Origin: Octopus sinensis
Lineage: Eukaryota
Reading direction: 5' to 3'
Length of the DNA stretch: 64,000 nucleotides
NCBI RefSeq assembly: GCF_006345805.1
Contig: NC_043003.1
Coordinates: 62,372,001-62,436,000, forward strand
Positions 34,918 to 47,320 of the stretch are shown here, one piece after another. Positions within the stretch are counted from its first letter, which is position 1. Each line of letters begins with the position of its first letter. The notes under the pieces are model-generated. The model saw only the letters and a list, made by a program, of their open reading frames with translations. It made no database searches and was not told the origin of the DNA. A program made the translations under genes and the position numbers.

Positions 34918-36890
34918 ATGGCTTTTCTTTTAAGTCCATCTAGCTATGTGAGGACTAATATTAGTTTGCGCAAGTTCTGTGCACAGCATCCATTTTTGCT
35001 AGCTGACAAGCATTTGCACAGATCTTCTTTTCAGGTGATGAAAAAAGTTCCACAACTGCCTTCTTATCATCACTTCCAAGTACTCAATCTCAGGGCTACT
35101 ACCATCAATGTTGGCACAATGAAAGGAAGGACTGGGGAGATTATTGAAATGTTGGAGTGACGCCATGTTGATGTGTGTGATGTGCAAGAAGTAAGATGGA
35201 GATGAACCATGGGTAAGAGATAGATTCCTGATGGATAGGAGACAGAGATTCAAATTCTTCTCGGTAGGCAGGAGGGATGGAGTGAATGGTGTAGGCATAT
35301 TATTAGCAGAAAAGAGGTTAGATAAGGTAATTGAGGTAATCAGAGTATCTGACAGGGTAGTTAAGATGAGACTTATCAGAGATAAATTAAGTTACATTTA
35401 TCTCTGCCTATGCTCCTCAATCTGGGATGACTGATGAGCAGAGGGATCGATGATATTAGGTCCTTTTGCAGACTCTCTCAACAACAAATGACAGAAACTT
35501 TGTTATTGTAACTGGTGATTTCAGTGGACATGTTAGACAGCATCCCCATGGATTCCAGGTAATGCTTTAGATAGAAACAGCTACAGAGGTATCAAACTGC
35601 TAGACCAAGTCATGAAAGCTCAATTAATTAGGAATAGAATTAAACTAAATGAGATGCAGTTTGGTTTTGTATCTGGTAAGAGTACCACAGATACCACCTT
35701 CCTAGTGAGACAGCTGTAGGAAAAGTACTTGGCCAAATGTAAGTCATTGTACTTAGCCTTCATCGACCTGGAGAAAGCTTTCAACAGAGTTCCCTACTCT
35801 GTTATATGGTGGTTTCTAAGGAAGTTAGGAGTAGAAGAGTGGCATTTTAGAGCTGGACAAGCCATGTACAGTGGTGTTATCAGTAAGGAGAGAGCTGGCC
35901 ACGAATTCAGTGATGAGTTTAGTGTACAAGTAGGGATTCACCAAGGTTCAGTTCTCAGTCCATTCTTATTCATTATAGTTCTCCAGGCCATAACAGAGGA
36001 ATTCAAAACTGGATACCCAATGAAACTGCTGTATGCTGATAACCTTGCTCTTATTGCAGAATCATTAGCAGAACTGCTGAAGAAATTCCTGGTATGGAAA
36101 CAAAACCTGGAATCAAAAGGCCTTAAAGTTAACCTAGCAAAGACCAAAGTTGTCGTTAGTAAGAAAGAAGATAAAACTCTCTTTCCATCAGGTAAATGGC
36201 CTTGCTCAATATGTAGGAAAGGAGTTGAAAGAAATTCCATTCACTGCACCAAGTGTAAGCTATGGATACATAAGTGGTGCAGTAGAATCATAGGTAGATG
36301 AACAGATAAAGTCATCTTTGTATGTGACAGATGTGCAGGAACAATAAGCACTAAGAGCACACAGGACTTAGTTTCTCTCAAATGCCCAGGAAGCTCTCTT
36401 GAGGTTATAGATAGTCTTTGTTACCTAAGTGACTAAATTAGCAATGGTGGAGGATGCTCTAAAAGTATTGTTTCTCAGATTGAAAGATAGACTATATGGT
36501 GCAAATGGTTATACTCCATGGTAGTGAGACATAGGCTCTGAATGCAGAAGGCATGCATAGACTGGAGAGAAATAAAGGCAGTATGCAACATCAGTGCACA
36601 TATACAGCAAAGTGTAAATGTTTTGAGAGAAAAGTTAGGCATAAGAGGAATCAAATGTAGCATGCAAGAGAGAAGACTATGTTGGTTTGGACATGTGAAG
36701 CATATGAATGAGGACAGCTGTATAAAGAAGTGCTAATCCCTGAAAGCGGATAGTACCAGCAGAAGAGGGAGATCCCAGGAAGACATGGGATGAAGTGGCA
36801 AGGACTGATCTCAGGATGATGGGCCTCATGGAGGAAATGACAATGGTCTGAAATATCTGGCAATAAGAGATTCTTGAGAAGACCTGCCAA
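34918..36890 (+). mobile_element. RTE LINE, 5' end present, internally deleted
   Basis: APE endonuclease N-half (TINVGTMKGR, QEVRW, NGVGILL, SAYAPQ, GDFSGHV) joined at ~35557 directly to the RT (ALDRNSYRGIKLL, FIDLEKAFNRV, HQGSVLSPFLF, YADNLAL), then PHD-like finger and C-terminus. Stops and frameshifts throughout. Confidence 0.92.
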
Positions 36891-36899
36891 CATCAGGGA

Positions 36900-37085
36900 A
36901 ACTGTTGTTTTGTGCATGTCTCCATAACCTGGTGGTTTGGCAAAAGAGACTGATAGAATAAGTATCAAGCCTTAAAGAAAAGAAAAATAGTACCAGGGTT
37001 AAGTCATTCAACTAAAAACCTTTCAAGGTGGTGCCCCAGCATGACCATAGTCCAATGACTGAAACAAGTAAGAGATAAAAGGTAA
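36900..37085 (+). mobile_element. SINE family B tail
   Basis: ggcaaaagagactgatagaataagt...aaggtggtgccccagcatgacc...gactgaaacaagtaagagataaaa. Confidence 0.75.
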
Positions 37086-38387
37086 AAGGGATACCCAGGG
37101 AATGAAGTTCAGAAAGAGCCAAGATGAAGTGCTACATTTGGGTTGGATAATTGCCAATCATGAATTAGGACAAGAGAAGTTGAAGGTGCTGCTGCCATGC
37201 CGAAAAAAGTTGACTGTATGAAAAAATATAATGCTGTGTGACAGTAATATTTTAGTAATAGAGGCGGAGTATTTGCAGAGCTTGGAGAAAAATATGTACA
37301 AACTATTTGGATGTGCAATGTAACTCGTATGAAAAATGAACATTAATAAAAAAGGTTGGGCATTAAAGATAGTAGTTGGTGCATTCAGAAGAGGAAACTG
37401 CACTGGAAATGTGATGCAAGTGTATCAGTGTCAAATGGAAATTTAGGAAAAGTACTGAGGAATGATAAACCTCTTGGATGAGATGATGTAGTATCAAGAG
37501 GAATGTTAAAATGCTATACTGTGTTCTTACCCAACCAATGTCTGCATTGAAAAACAAATGTTAAAATGATGATAATGAAGAATATGGCTACAGTAGTGAA
37601 GATGGTGATGGCGGTGGGGGTGGGGGTGGGGGTGAAGGCAGTGATAACATTATGACCCATTGAAATGTACTATTTTATTCATATAGCATAATTTAGTTAT
37701 CTTAAAGTTGTAAGGTTTCAGACAAAATCGACAGTTATAGTGCATCATAAATAGAAAGATATTTGAATTGTGTTATGTAAAATGAAAATAGTGCATTCCA
37801 TTTTCATTTAGATCAATAATATATTTTGTTAAACTCTGTTAAGCATACGGTTACTATAATGAAATTGTTAAAATAAAAAAAAAAATTGTCACCATAACAT
37901 GTAGATAATTCTCAGTTTAACAATATTAGTTTTGGATAGATTCTGAGATGTATACATGAATGAACAAGCTAAGTTATATGAATGTGCTTACTAGTGTTTA
38001 ATGAGTTTTAGGTTATTATGGTTAACAAATTCTATGATAATTGAGATAAGGTGTGAACTTGAAGGTGAATAGACAATTGCTATTAACACATTACAGGGTT
38101 AAATGTCTAACCGAATTGTTTTTAATAAAATTATAATTTTCTGACTAATTAACCTCATCTTTAGAGATAACATTTTTTTAATGCTTACACTAATACTTCA
38201 TTTTCAGCCTGTTTGATCTCCATTTGTCATCAGGTATCTTATTTCTGTATATGTACATTGTACCAGGCTTGATTAAAACTAGGGATCTTTATTTCTAAGC
38301 TAAGAATAACAGCAGCCTTATCTACTAGGCCACTGACACATGTGCAATTAATGTTACATTTTTAGGTTATTTAAATTTATCTTTCAG

Positions 38388-38524
38388 TAAATGCTGCCAT
38401 ATTGAGCTGCTGCCAGCACTGGGGTTTACTGACTGTGTTATCAGCAAGCATTATATGTACTGCTGCTTTGATGTTTCCAAGTTTATACTGGTTCTCTATC
38501 AATTATGGAAAGTTCATTCCATAG
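38388..38524 (+). CDS. candidate terminal exon with hydrophobic helix (VNAAILSCCQHWGLLTVLSASIICTAALMFPSLYWFSINYGKFIP*)
   Basis: tatctttcag acceptor. Phase-compatible with a 26-nt mini-exon at 38208-38233 (ttttcag...cag|gtatct) across a 154-nt intron. Locally higher GC than the flanks. Confidence 0.25.
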
Positions 38525-39465
38525 CATTATATGATTTTCTTTCGTGCATCATATATGTACAGCTATTCTTTCTTAAATGTTTCTCCTCTCATTAAGGTTT
38601 GCCAGTGTTCCTCTATTCTGACCTTTAGTGTAGATGTAAATAGACGTAAACATAGTGTATATGTCAATATTAGAATGTTTCATCTAAAGATGAAATTAAT
38701 AGTCTGAAAAATTATAATCTTATTATGATAGAGGTTTTTCATTACGACACTCTTTCATGTTAAATTAGAAAATTGATAACAAGATATGATAGTTCAAGAA
38801 AGAAAATTAAAAGCATTATTTTGAATATAAGAATTTTTATATCTACTAAACAAATCAGAATATGAGTGCATATGAGTGTATTCAATCATTAGTTTCTTCT
38901 CAATTCTGTATTTGTTCAAGCTGTGTTACAATTATATTGAAGTTGGAAAATTTATTAAATGATACACAAAGATTTTATCCAGTATATGTAGAAGATAGCT
39001 TAGATTTGAAGTGCTAGACATTGGATGTTAAACTAAGTTATGGTACAACTGAATGCTGGTAAACATCAAGCATATCTGGTTCTTTGAACTTGGTTAGATC
39101 AATGATCAAAACTATCATTAAATTTGTAGACAAAATGAAAACTACCGCCATGATGAGCTTGGTATTATCAGTAGAATAAGTGATGTATTCATGAAGAAAA
39201 TCTTTGTAGAAAAAGAAAGTCATATTTAATATTTAGCTATGACTATTCTGTTAGTTTTTATCATAATAAAAACGAGTCTCTCCACTCAATAGAAAGTCGA
39301 AGGTATCTTGGAATTAAATATAATAAGCTTAAATCTTAATTAAACGCATTTTATAATATCCTTATAATTTAACTTTTAATGTATAACATGATGAGGCATG
39401 AGGTTATCACTACAACAGCTACATCTAAGACTTAATTTAATATTTGACTTTAAGTGATACTTCTT

Positions 39466-39765
39466 TGGTTACGACATCAAGGGTTCCGGTAAATCCAGTC
39501 AATGGAACAGCCTGCTTTCAAAATTAACGTGGAAGTGGCTGAGCACTCCATAGACATGTGTACACTTAATGTAATTCTCAGTGTGATTCAACATGTGATA
39601 AGGTTGGCCCTTTGTCAGCTTTGAAATACAGGTACTATTCATTTTTGCCAGCTGAGTGGACTGGAGCAATGTGAAATGAAATGTCTTGCTCAAGGACACA
39701 ACATGTCACCAAGAATCGAACTCATGATCTGAATACCCTAACCACTAAACCACATACCTTCACTA
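39466..39765 (-). mobile_element. CORE-type SINE family D
   Basis: Inverted homologue of 63400-63715. Shares head and CORE with family A but has a different tail. Confidence 0.8.
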
Positions 39766-40495
39766 ACATTTGGCCACTGCCAAAGGGATGATTGTTTCTG
39801 TTTCTTGCTAACACTCATCTGAGTGTTAGCAAGAGAATCTTGAAAGCAATAGAACTTATCAAACTCTGGAACGAAAAGCTTCTAATGCAGACCATTACCA
39901 AGTTCCTTGAATTTGTAAAAATGAATATCCTGTGGAATGCTGTTTTGTTAGTGTTGTATCTTCTAGAAATGTGTCTGCTATAGTAATTGAATTGAAGCTT
40001 TACAGAATATAATTGTATGTGTTTTTATATTGATCATTGGATGAATATCTTCTTCAGATAACGTATTTGAAATTTGAAATTTCATTGAGTTTCTCAGAAT
40101 GAACTGGACTGTATGTTTTGAGACTGCAAAATATTTGTCTATGGTACCAAGAGAGAGGAAATATTTTATAATTGGTATTTTACAACACAGTTATGGTAGA
40201 ATGGAGAATACTTTCTTTTTCAATGCATTCTGAAAGCCAAGTCTAAATAACATATGTAATTGAGTATTCTATTTATGCCCTCCTCCCTAAAAATCCCTCA
40301 AAATTTGTGTTATTGTTTCTTGAATGTTTACTATAAGGTTAGTTTAATACCAGAATTGTACAAATTAGCTATATTTTATGAGATATATTTATAAATTTAT
40401 TATCTGTAAAGAGTCATTAGCCCATGTTTGATCCTTTTCTTTCAAGTTTCAGTAAGATATGCAAACATTCTGTTCATGTTCCTAATATACATATA

Positions 40496-40534
<39 letters not shown>

Positions 40535-41884
40535 TTATGTATTCTGATTCTACATTAAAAAATATTGACTATATCAATTATTATGAAATAGTTTTTCCAT
40601 TTTTATGTATGTCGAATTTTATAAAAACAAATCAATTGTGAATGCAATTTTTGAAATATAATTTAATTCTTCACAATGCTTAATTGCCCTTAAATCAATT
40701 TTTTGATGAAATTATGAGAAACAATTTCTGACATGGCAACATTTATATAGTCTAGGATTAAATCAATAATTTTTCAAACAATATATTTTAGATTTTTATT
40801 TAATTAACTTTTTGCTTATTTTTTTTTAGTTTTCAAAGAAAATGTAATCTTGTTAGATTGAAACTTAATTCAGTTTCCAAATAAACTCTGATATAAAAAT
40901 TTGTAACATTTAAATTATTGTTTTACCTGTTTATAAATAAAATCTAATGGGAGTAAAATTTCTTTAAAATATTGCATTCATTATTTGTTTTCATAATATC
41001 TGCAATTAATTTTACTAATTAAAAACTAAAATATCATCAGGCCTAATTTCCCTTGAATAAAACCATATAATACCTGGTGTATTTTAAATAATGAATTTTA
41101 ATTTTACATTTTATAGTTCGTGGAAATAAAATCTTCAGGAGAAAGTTTGAAACATCATTTTTGTTTTAATATTAAAAAATAATTGGATTTTTTAGATTTT
41201 ATTCTCTTTTGGTCATGAGTCTACTATGTTTGAATAGTAAATACATATTTACATTTCTTCTTTAAACAGATTTGTTCTTTTTTTATGGTTACTTTCACAT
41301 TCCCTTTCTCTTTTAGGAGAAAAAGTGAAAATACATTAGGTCACAAAATGTTCTTTCAAATTTCAATTAGACAGAGAATAATTAATCATTGAAAATTTTG
41401 TTAAAATCATGCTATTTTTCTTTGATGTAAATGAGAAAAATTGACTCTATAAATAAATAAATATTTATCTCTAGTTCAATAATCTATTTTAACCTAAGCA
41501 GTTAACTAGTCGACACACCTCACTGGTTGATTTGGAAACTAGACTTTTCTAGCAGTGTTTCATTTTCTTTTTATTTAGTTTTGCATCATAATTGAAGCAT
41601 ATAGTAAATATACTTCACAGCTAGACAGAAATTACTCTGGCTTTTATATCTAGGAATATAGTATTAGAAGATTATAAATATTTAGCCCAGCTATTTTTCT
41701 TTTTTTTTTTTTTTTGCTATTAATGTATATATTTTTATCTAGAATAATTACGAATATGGCCTTGTTGGCCTGTCTGGCCTATAAAACCATTGAAAACAGA
41801 AGTAAAAAAAAAACAACAAATAATACAAATAACTGTCACAATGAGTATCACCATCTTTAATCAATATTATTATAATCAGGTAGG

Positions 41885-42010
41885 GTAGAGAATTTGTAGA
41901 GTTAGAAAGGTGTCAAGGAAAATGCAGTACAGTATTAGTTTTGACTCTTTGTTCAAATTCAGCCAAATTGACTTTTCTTTTTATCCCTCTTGGGTCGACA
42001 TAAAATAATC
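41885..42010 (+). mobile_element. SINE family C fragment
   Basis: gttcaaattcagccaaattgacttttctttttatccctcttgggtcgacataaaata. Confidence 0.55.
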
Positions 42011-43635
42011 CTCAAACAAATCTTAAGATTGATATAATTGACTATATGCTTCCTGAAAATGTGTGACCATATTAGAAATCTCTATTATTACAAAACATCA
42101 TTGTGTCATTCACTTGGTTGCATAATAGGACTTTACTACTGCATATCTGATGTTGGTTTTATACCATCTGATTGGAATATAACCTGCAAGAAAGAGGATT
42201 TTTACTGGTGGAGAAACACATTTAAATATTATCATAATTAGTCTAATATAGTAGTAATATATTTTAGCTCCTTTTGCTCACTTTAGCAACCAAATATATT
42301 TCAACGAATGTACTACCATCTTCAAAATGGGGAACGCATTTTTGGCTTTGAATCTTTGGACAAGATACGTAGAATAAACATATAGGTTAACTATGAGTAA
42401 ACTAATGATTGGACAATGAGAGTAAATCAAAACTAACACTCTGGAAATGATATAACTTATATATTTATAAGTAACTTTCTACAACAATGGTAGTGGTGAT
42501 GGTAGTGGTGGCAGCAGCACATCAAGCAAACAGACAATAATACCAACAGTTATGACAGCAGCAGCAACACCAAAATTGCAGCAGGAAATGGCTGCTCTGC
42601 CAGCAGCAACAGAACCACCAGAATCACATCCAGGAATATCAGCACTGGTAATTGCTCCAGCAACAACAGCAACATCAAATGCAGAGTCAATGAAAGCAAC
42701 ATCAGTGGTGGTAGCACATCCAATACATGAAAATAAGTTAGTTCAGTTGCACCTCTGTCTAAGCAACGTCTGAACAACCAAAAATCCTCTGTTAAGATAC
42801 TGAAAAAGTACAACATGTATGATTCTTAAAAGAGGAAGGAACACCATACATAATTAAGTGGAAACTCCTTGAATAACTGGGGACTTATATAAATGGGAGC
42901 AAACAACGTAAGCTTTAATTGGCAGAGAGAGTAAGGATCCTAAAGAAACTCACTCGACCCAGGGACCTTTCTAAACATCAGGAAAGAAAATGTTAGTCAA
43001 TGCCCTCATCTAAAACGTTTCCTACTACAGACTTGGAATTCCTCATACTTTGAATAGGCCTGCCACATTCCTTTGAATATCCCCATGATTGGAGCTGATG
43101 CAAGGGAGGTAACCATGTCCTGCTTGCAGTGCCTTGCATGGTCAAATATTTTTTGTTTACAAAACTGACTGTGGCATATCTTTTTCTCCAATTGTAGAGA
43201 GGTTGTGTGCCTGCAGCTATTTGAGTCTGATGAGTGGCATAAACTGCTTAGCACTTTATAGGTGGAAAACTAATGGTCACTCTATGACCAGCCATAACAT
43301 CTAACTTTCTAAATTCGCTTACTACTATATTTGTGAGTGTCTGGAAGTATTTAACCAGTTCTCTAGTAGAGATTTGCTCACCTAGGACTTGTTAACATCA
43401 GTTCCAACAATAAATAGGTTTATCATTAAAATCCTGAATGCAATTAGATTGCTAGCTTCTTAAACTATGTTTTAATGAATCATCATGTCTTCTTTATTTA
43501 TTGCCTTATTTGCAATATATATATATACATATATATACCAGAGTAAACACATAAATGTGAAACAAGGTGGGAAAAAGAGTACTCAAATACCAGTGGAAGA
43601 GTAATATGCTTTATTTAAAGCAACAGAAAATTCAG

Positions 43636-43685
43636 CAAAATCTGTTACTCTGAGTTTCACGTTGCCGTTCGTCGGACAGTTTTTT
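43636..43685 (-). ncRNA. minimal type I hammerhead ribozyme (U4C variant)
   Basis: Minus strand: aaaaactgt CCGACGA acg-gcaa-cgt GAA act-cag-agt A acag. Stem I ctgt/acag, stem II with GCAA tetraloop, short stem III, GUA cleavage triplet. Confidence 0.72.
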
Positions 43686-43690
43686 CTAGT

Positions 43691-43739
43691 AAAAACTGTC
43701 TGACGAATGGCAACGTAAAACTTAGAGTAACAGGTTTTG
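43691..43739 (+). ncRNA. minimal type I hammerhead ribozyme (G12A variant)
   Basis: aaaaactgt CTGACGA atg-gcaa-cgt AAA act-tag-agt A acaggtttt. The CUGANGA core is intact; GAAA is changed to AAAA. Confidence 0.7.
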
Positions 43740-43765
43740 TTGAATTTTCTGCTGCTTTAAATAAA

Positions 43766-43801
<36 letters not shown>

Positions 43802-43805
<4 letters not shown>

Positions 43806-46766
43806 TCATCATCATCATCATCATCGTTTAACATCCACTTTCTATGCTAGCATGGGTTGGACGATTTGATTGAGGTCTGGTGAACCAGATGGCTGCACCA
43901 GGCTCCAATCTTGATCTGGCAATGTTTCTACAGCTGGATGCTCTTCTTAATGCCGACCACTCCAAGAGTGTAGTGGGTGCTTTTACGTTCCACCGGCATG
44001 AGGGCCACTCAGGCAGTACTGGCAACAGCCATGCTCAAATGGTGTTTTTTTTTTACATGCCACCTGCACCCCAGCACAAGTGCAAGTAAGGTGATGCTGG
44101 TAATGATCAAGCTCAAATGGTGCTTTTTATGTGCCACCAGCACGGATGCCAGTTAGCCCCTCTGGCAATGCTCTTAGTGCTCCACTAGCACGGATGCCAG
44201 TCATCGAATTTGATTTCACTTGCCTCAACAGGTCTTTGCAAGCAGTGTCCAATGAAGGAAAGGTACACATAAGTGGGCTGGTTACACCCCTGGCATAGGC
44301 CACGAGGTTATGGTCTCACTTGGCTTGCCAGGTCTTCTCAAGCACAGCATATTTCCAAAGGTCCCGGTCACTAGTCATTGCCCCGGTGAGTCCTAATGTT
44401 CGAAGGTTGTGCTTCACCACTTCATCCCAGGTTTTCCTGGGTCTACCTCTTCCACAGGTTCCCTCAACGGCTAAGGTGTGACACTTTTTCACATGGCTAT
44501 CCTCATCCATTCTTGCCACATGACTATACTAGTGTAGTTGTCTCTCTTGCACACTACATCTGATGCTTCTTAGGTCCAACTTGTCTCTCAAGGTACTTAC
44601 ACTCTGTCGAGTATGCACACTGACATTACATATCCATCGGATCATACTGGCTTCATTCCTTGTGAGCTTACGCATGTCCTCAGCAGTCGTGGCCCATGTT
44701 TCACCACCATGTAGCATGGATGTTGGCACACATGCATCATACAGTCTACCTTTTACTCTGAGCGAGAGACCCTTTGTTACCAGCAGAGGTAAGAGCACTG
44801 AACTTTTCCCAGGCTATTCTTATACTAGCAGCTACACTTTCAGCACACCATCTCCTGCTACTGACTTGGTCACCTAAATAATGGAAGCTATCAACTACTT
44901 CTAGTTTTTCTCCCTTGAGTGTGACGGAAGTTGTTCTCTGCACATTTTCAGAGCTTATTGCTCCTGAGCATCTGCCACATACAAAAACTATCTTCCCAGT
45001 TAGCCTTCCTTTGATATTGCTGCACCTCGTATGTGTCCATAGCTTACACTGGGTACATCTTATAGAGTTTCTACCTACACCTTTTCTACAAATCGAGAAG
45101 GCCATCTACCTGAAGGGATTTTTGGTTTGCCTGCCTTCCTACTTATTAGGACTTTGGTTTTAGCTAGGTTGACTCTAAGGCCCTTCGGTTCTAATCCTTG
45201 TTTCCACATCTGAAACTTCTCCTCTAGTTCTGATAGTGACTCAGCAATTAGAGCAAGGTCATCATCATAGAGGAGCTCGCAGCGGCATCCTGTCTTGAAT
45301 TCCTCTGTTATTGCCTGGAGGACTATGATAAATAGGAGGGGGCTAAGAACTGAACCTTGGTGAACTCCTACCTCCACCCAGAATTCTTCACTGTACTCGT
45401 TGCTAACCCTCACCTTAATGATAGCATTTCTGTACATGGCTTGCACAGCTCTCACTAACCATTCATCTATCCCTAGTTTTCTCATTGACCACTAGATAAG
45501 GGACCTGAGGACCCTGTCAAAGGCTTTCTCTATGTCAACAAAAGCCAGGTACAGATGTTTATCTTTGGCCAGGTATTTCTCCTGCAGCTGTCTTACCAGA
45601 AATATAGCATCGGTGGTGCTTTTCCCTGGCATGAACCCGAACTGCATCTCATCTAAACTGACTCTTTCCCTAATTAGTTGGGTTATGACTCTCTCCATGA
45701 CCTTCATTACCTGATCTAACAACTTGATACCTCTGTAATTATTTGTATCTAAAGCGTCACCTTTACCTTTGTAGCAGTTGACTTTTATGCTGCTACACCA
45801 GTCATTGAGTATGACTCCTTCGTGTATCACCTCATTAACTATATGGGTGGCTAGGCTATAGCTAACACTGCCAGATATTTTGAGCATCTCTGCAGTGATT
45901 CCTGATGGGCTGGGGGCTTTCCCTGTCTTAATACTCTTAATTGTTTTATCTACCAAGGTACTGTCAACTCGGATAACAGGTCCCCATATTGGGTCAACAT
46001 TCAGCAGACTCTCTTTCTCCCATTCATTTTCTTTATTCAGCATCCTTTCATAGTGGCGTCTCCAAACCTCTCTCTTTGCAGCCTCGTCTAGTGCAAGTGA
46101 ACCATCATCCATGCGAACACATTTTTCTCCTACAACATCAAAATTCTCTCTCACACATTGTCTTGCAACACGAAATACCTTTGGTCCTCATGGTGCAGAA
46201 CATTGGCAAATTTTTCTTATCTGCTTCCCCTCTGGCTAAATAAACCTGCTTCCTAGCTTTCCTTCTGGCAGTCTGATACAATTCCCTGCTACCACCGTTC
46301 TTCTAGTCCTTCCAAGCCTGTTTCTTTTCTCTAATAGCCCTGTCAACAACATTATTCCACCACCATTTTATTTTGGGTCGAGAGGGGACTTTGCACCATC
46401 CACAGATCTGGTCAGTGGTCCTCAGCAGATTGTCCCGTAGAAACCTCCAGTTGTCTTCTACATTGTGTGAAGCTATTTTGTGAAAGGCTTCAAGTAATAT
46501 GTCCCTAAATCTCTGTCCATTGGCAGGATCTTTAAGCTTCCAGACCCATCTCCTCCATGCTGGTTGTCTTCTGGGCATCCACTTAGCCCTGATCCTGAAG
46601 TCACTAACTACCAGTCTATGTTGTGGGGTACATTCTTCACCTGGGAAGGTTTTGGCATTTATAAGCAGCCATCTTTCCCTTTTTCTGGTGAGGATGTAGT
46701 CAATTTAGCTAGTGTGTCTGCCAGAACAGTAAGTGACTAGGTGACTGGCAGGTTTTCTGAAGTTGA
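43802..46766 (-). mobile_element. RTE LINE, 5'-truncated within the endonuclease, ~3 kb
   Basis: HLVTYCSG...IDYIL...QHRLVVSD (APE C-half), KWWWNN, NYRGIKLL, MQFGFMPGKST, FVDIEKAFDRV, HQGSVLSPLLF, YDDDLAL, PHD-like finger, LHGGETW, GRGRPRKTW, stop 44316, ~510-bp 3' UTR and (TGA)n tail. Confidence 0.95.
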
Positions 46767-47129
46767 ATAAAATTGGACTGAAGGCCATGAAAGACAGATA
46801 TGATTTTCTTGAAGCCAAGGATTTTAAACTTACGGAGATAATATTCACATATCACCTGAGGAAGCATAACTAGATCTCATAATGCAGGGAAACAATTGCA
46901 TAATCAAGTAACTACACACCTGGAGAACTATGTTGCATGGAAACAATTAAAGTGATTAAAAAATAAATGTCCAACCGCCCTCCTTGTTGACTCCAATCTT
47001 TTCAATTAACTATTCACATATGGCAGCAGTGTAAATCTGAAGGTGGACGAGCCTTATACTGTGCTCTGCTATGTTCTTAACAGAATATACCATAACTATA
47101 CATATATATATATATTTCTTTATTACCCA

Positions 47130-47320
47130 CAGGGGATTAAACATAGAGGGGACAAACAAAGGGATTAAGTCAATTACATCGACCCCAGTGCATAACTGGT
47201 ACTTATTTAATCAATCCCGAAAGGATGAAAGACAAAGTTGACCTCAGCAGAATTTGAACTCAGAACGTAACGGCAGATGAAATACAGTTAAGTATTTCGC
47301 CCAGCGTGCTAATGATTCTG
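47130..47320 (-). mobile_element. SINE family C
   Basis: cgaccccagtgcataactggtacttatttaatcaatcccgaaaggatgaaagacaaagttgacctcagcagaatttgaactcagaacg. Confidence 0.85.

Larger units (their letters stand above)
43535..43771. mobile_element. Penelope-like-element-derived end with ~82-bp inverted arms
   Basis: 43604-43685 is the near-perfect reverse complement of 43691-43771, and each arm holds a hammerhead motif. The PLE assignment is inferred from this architecture; no PLE ORF is present. Confidence 0.6.

Noticed and set aside
42480-42816. Ala/Thr/Gln-rich ORFs on both strands
   Set aside because: Degenerate (CAG/CAA) low-complexity tract with no splice context or domain.
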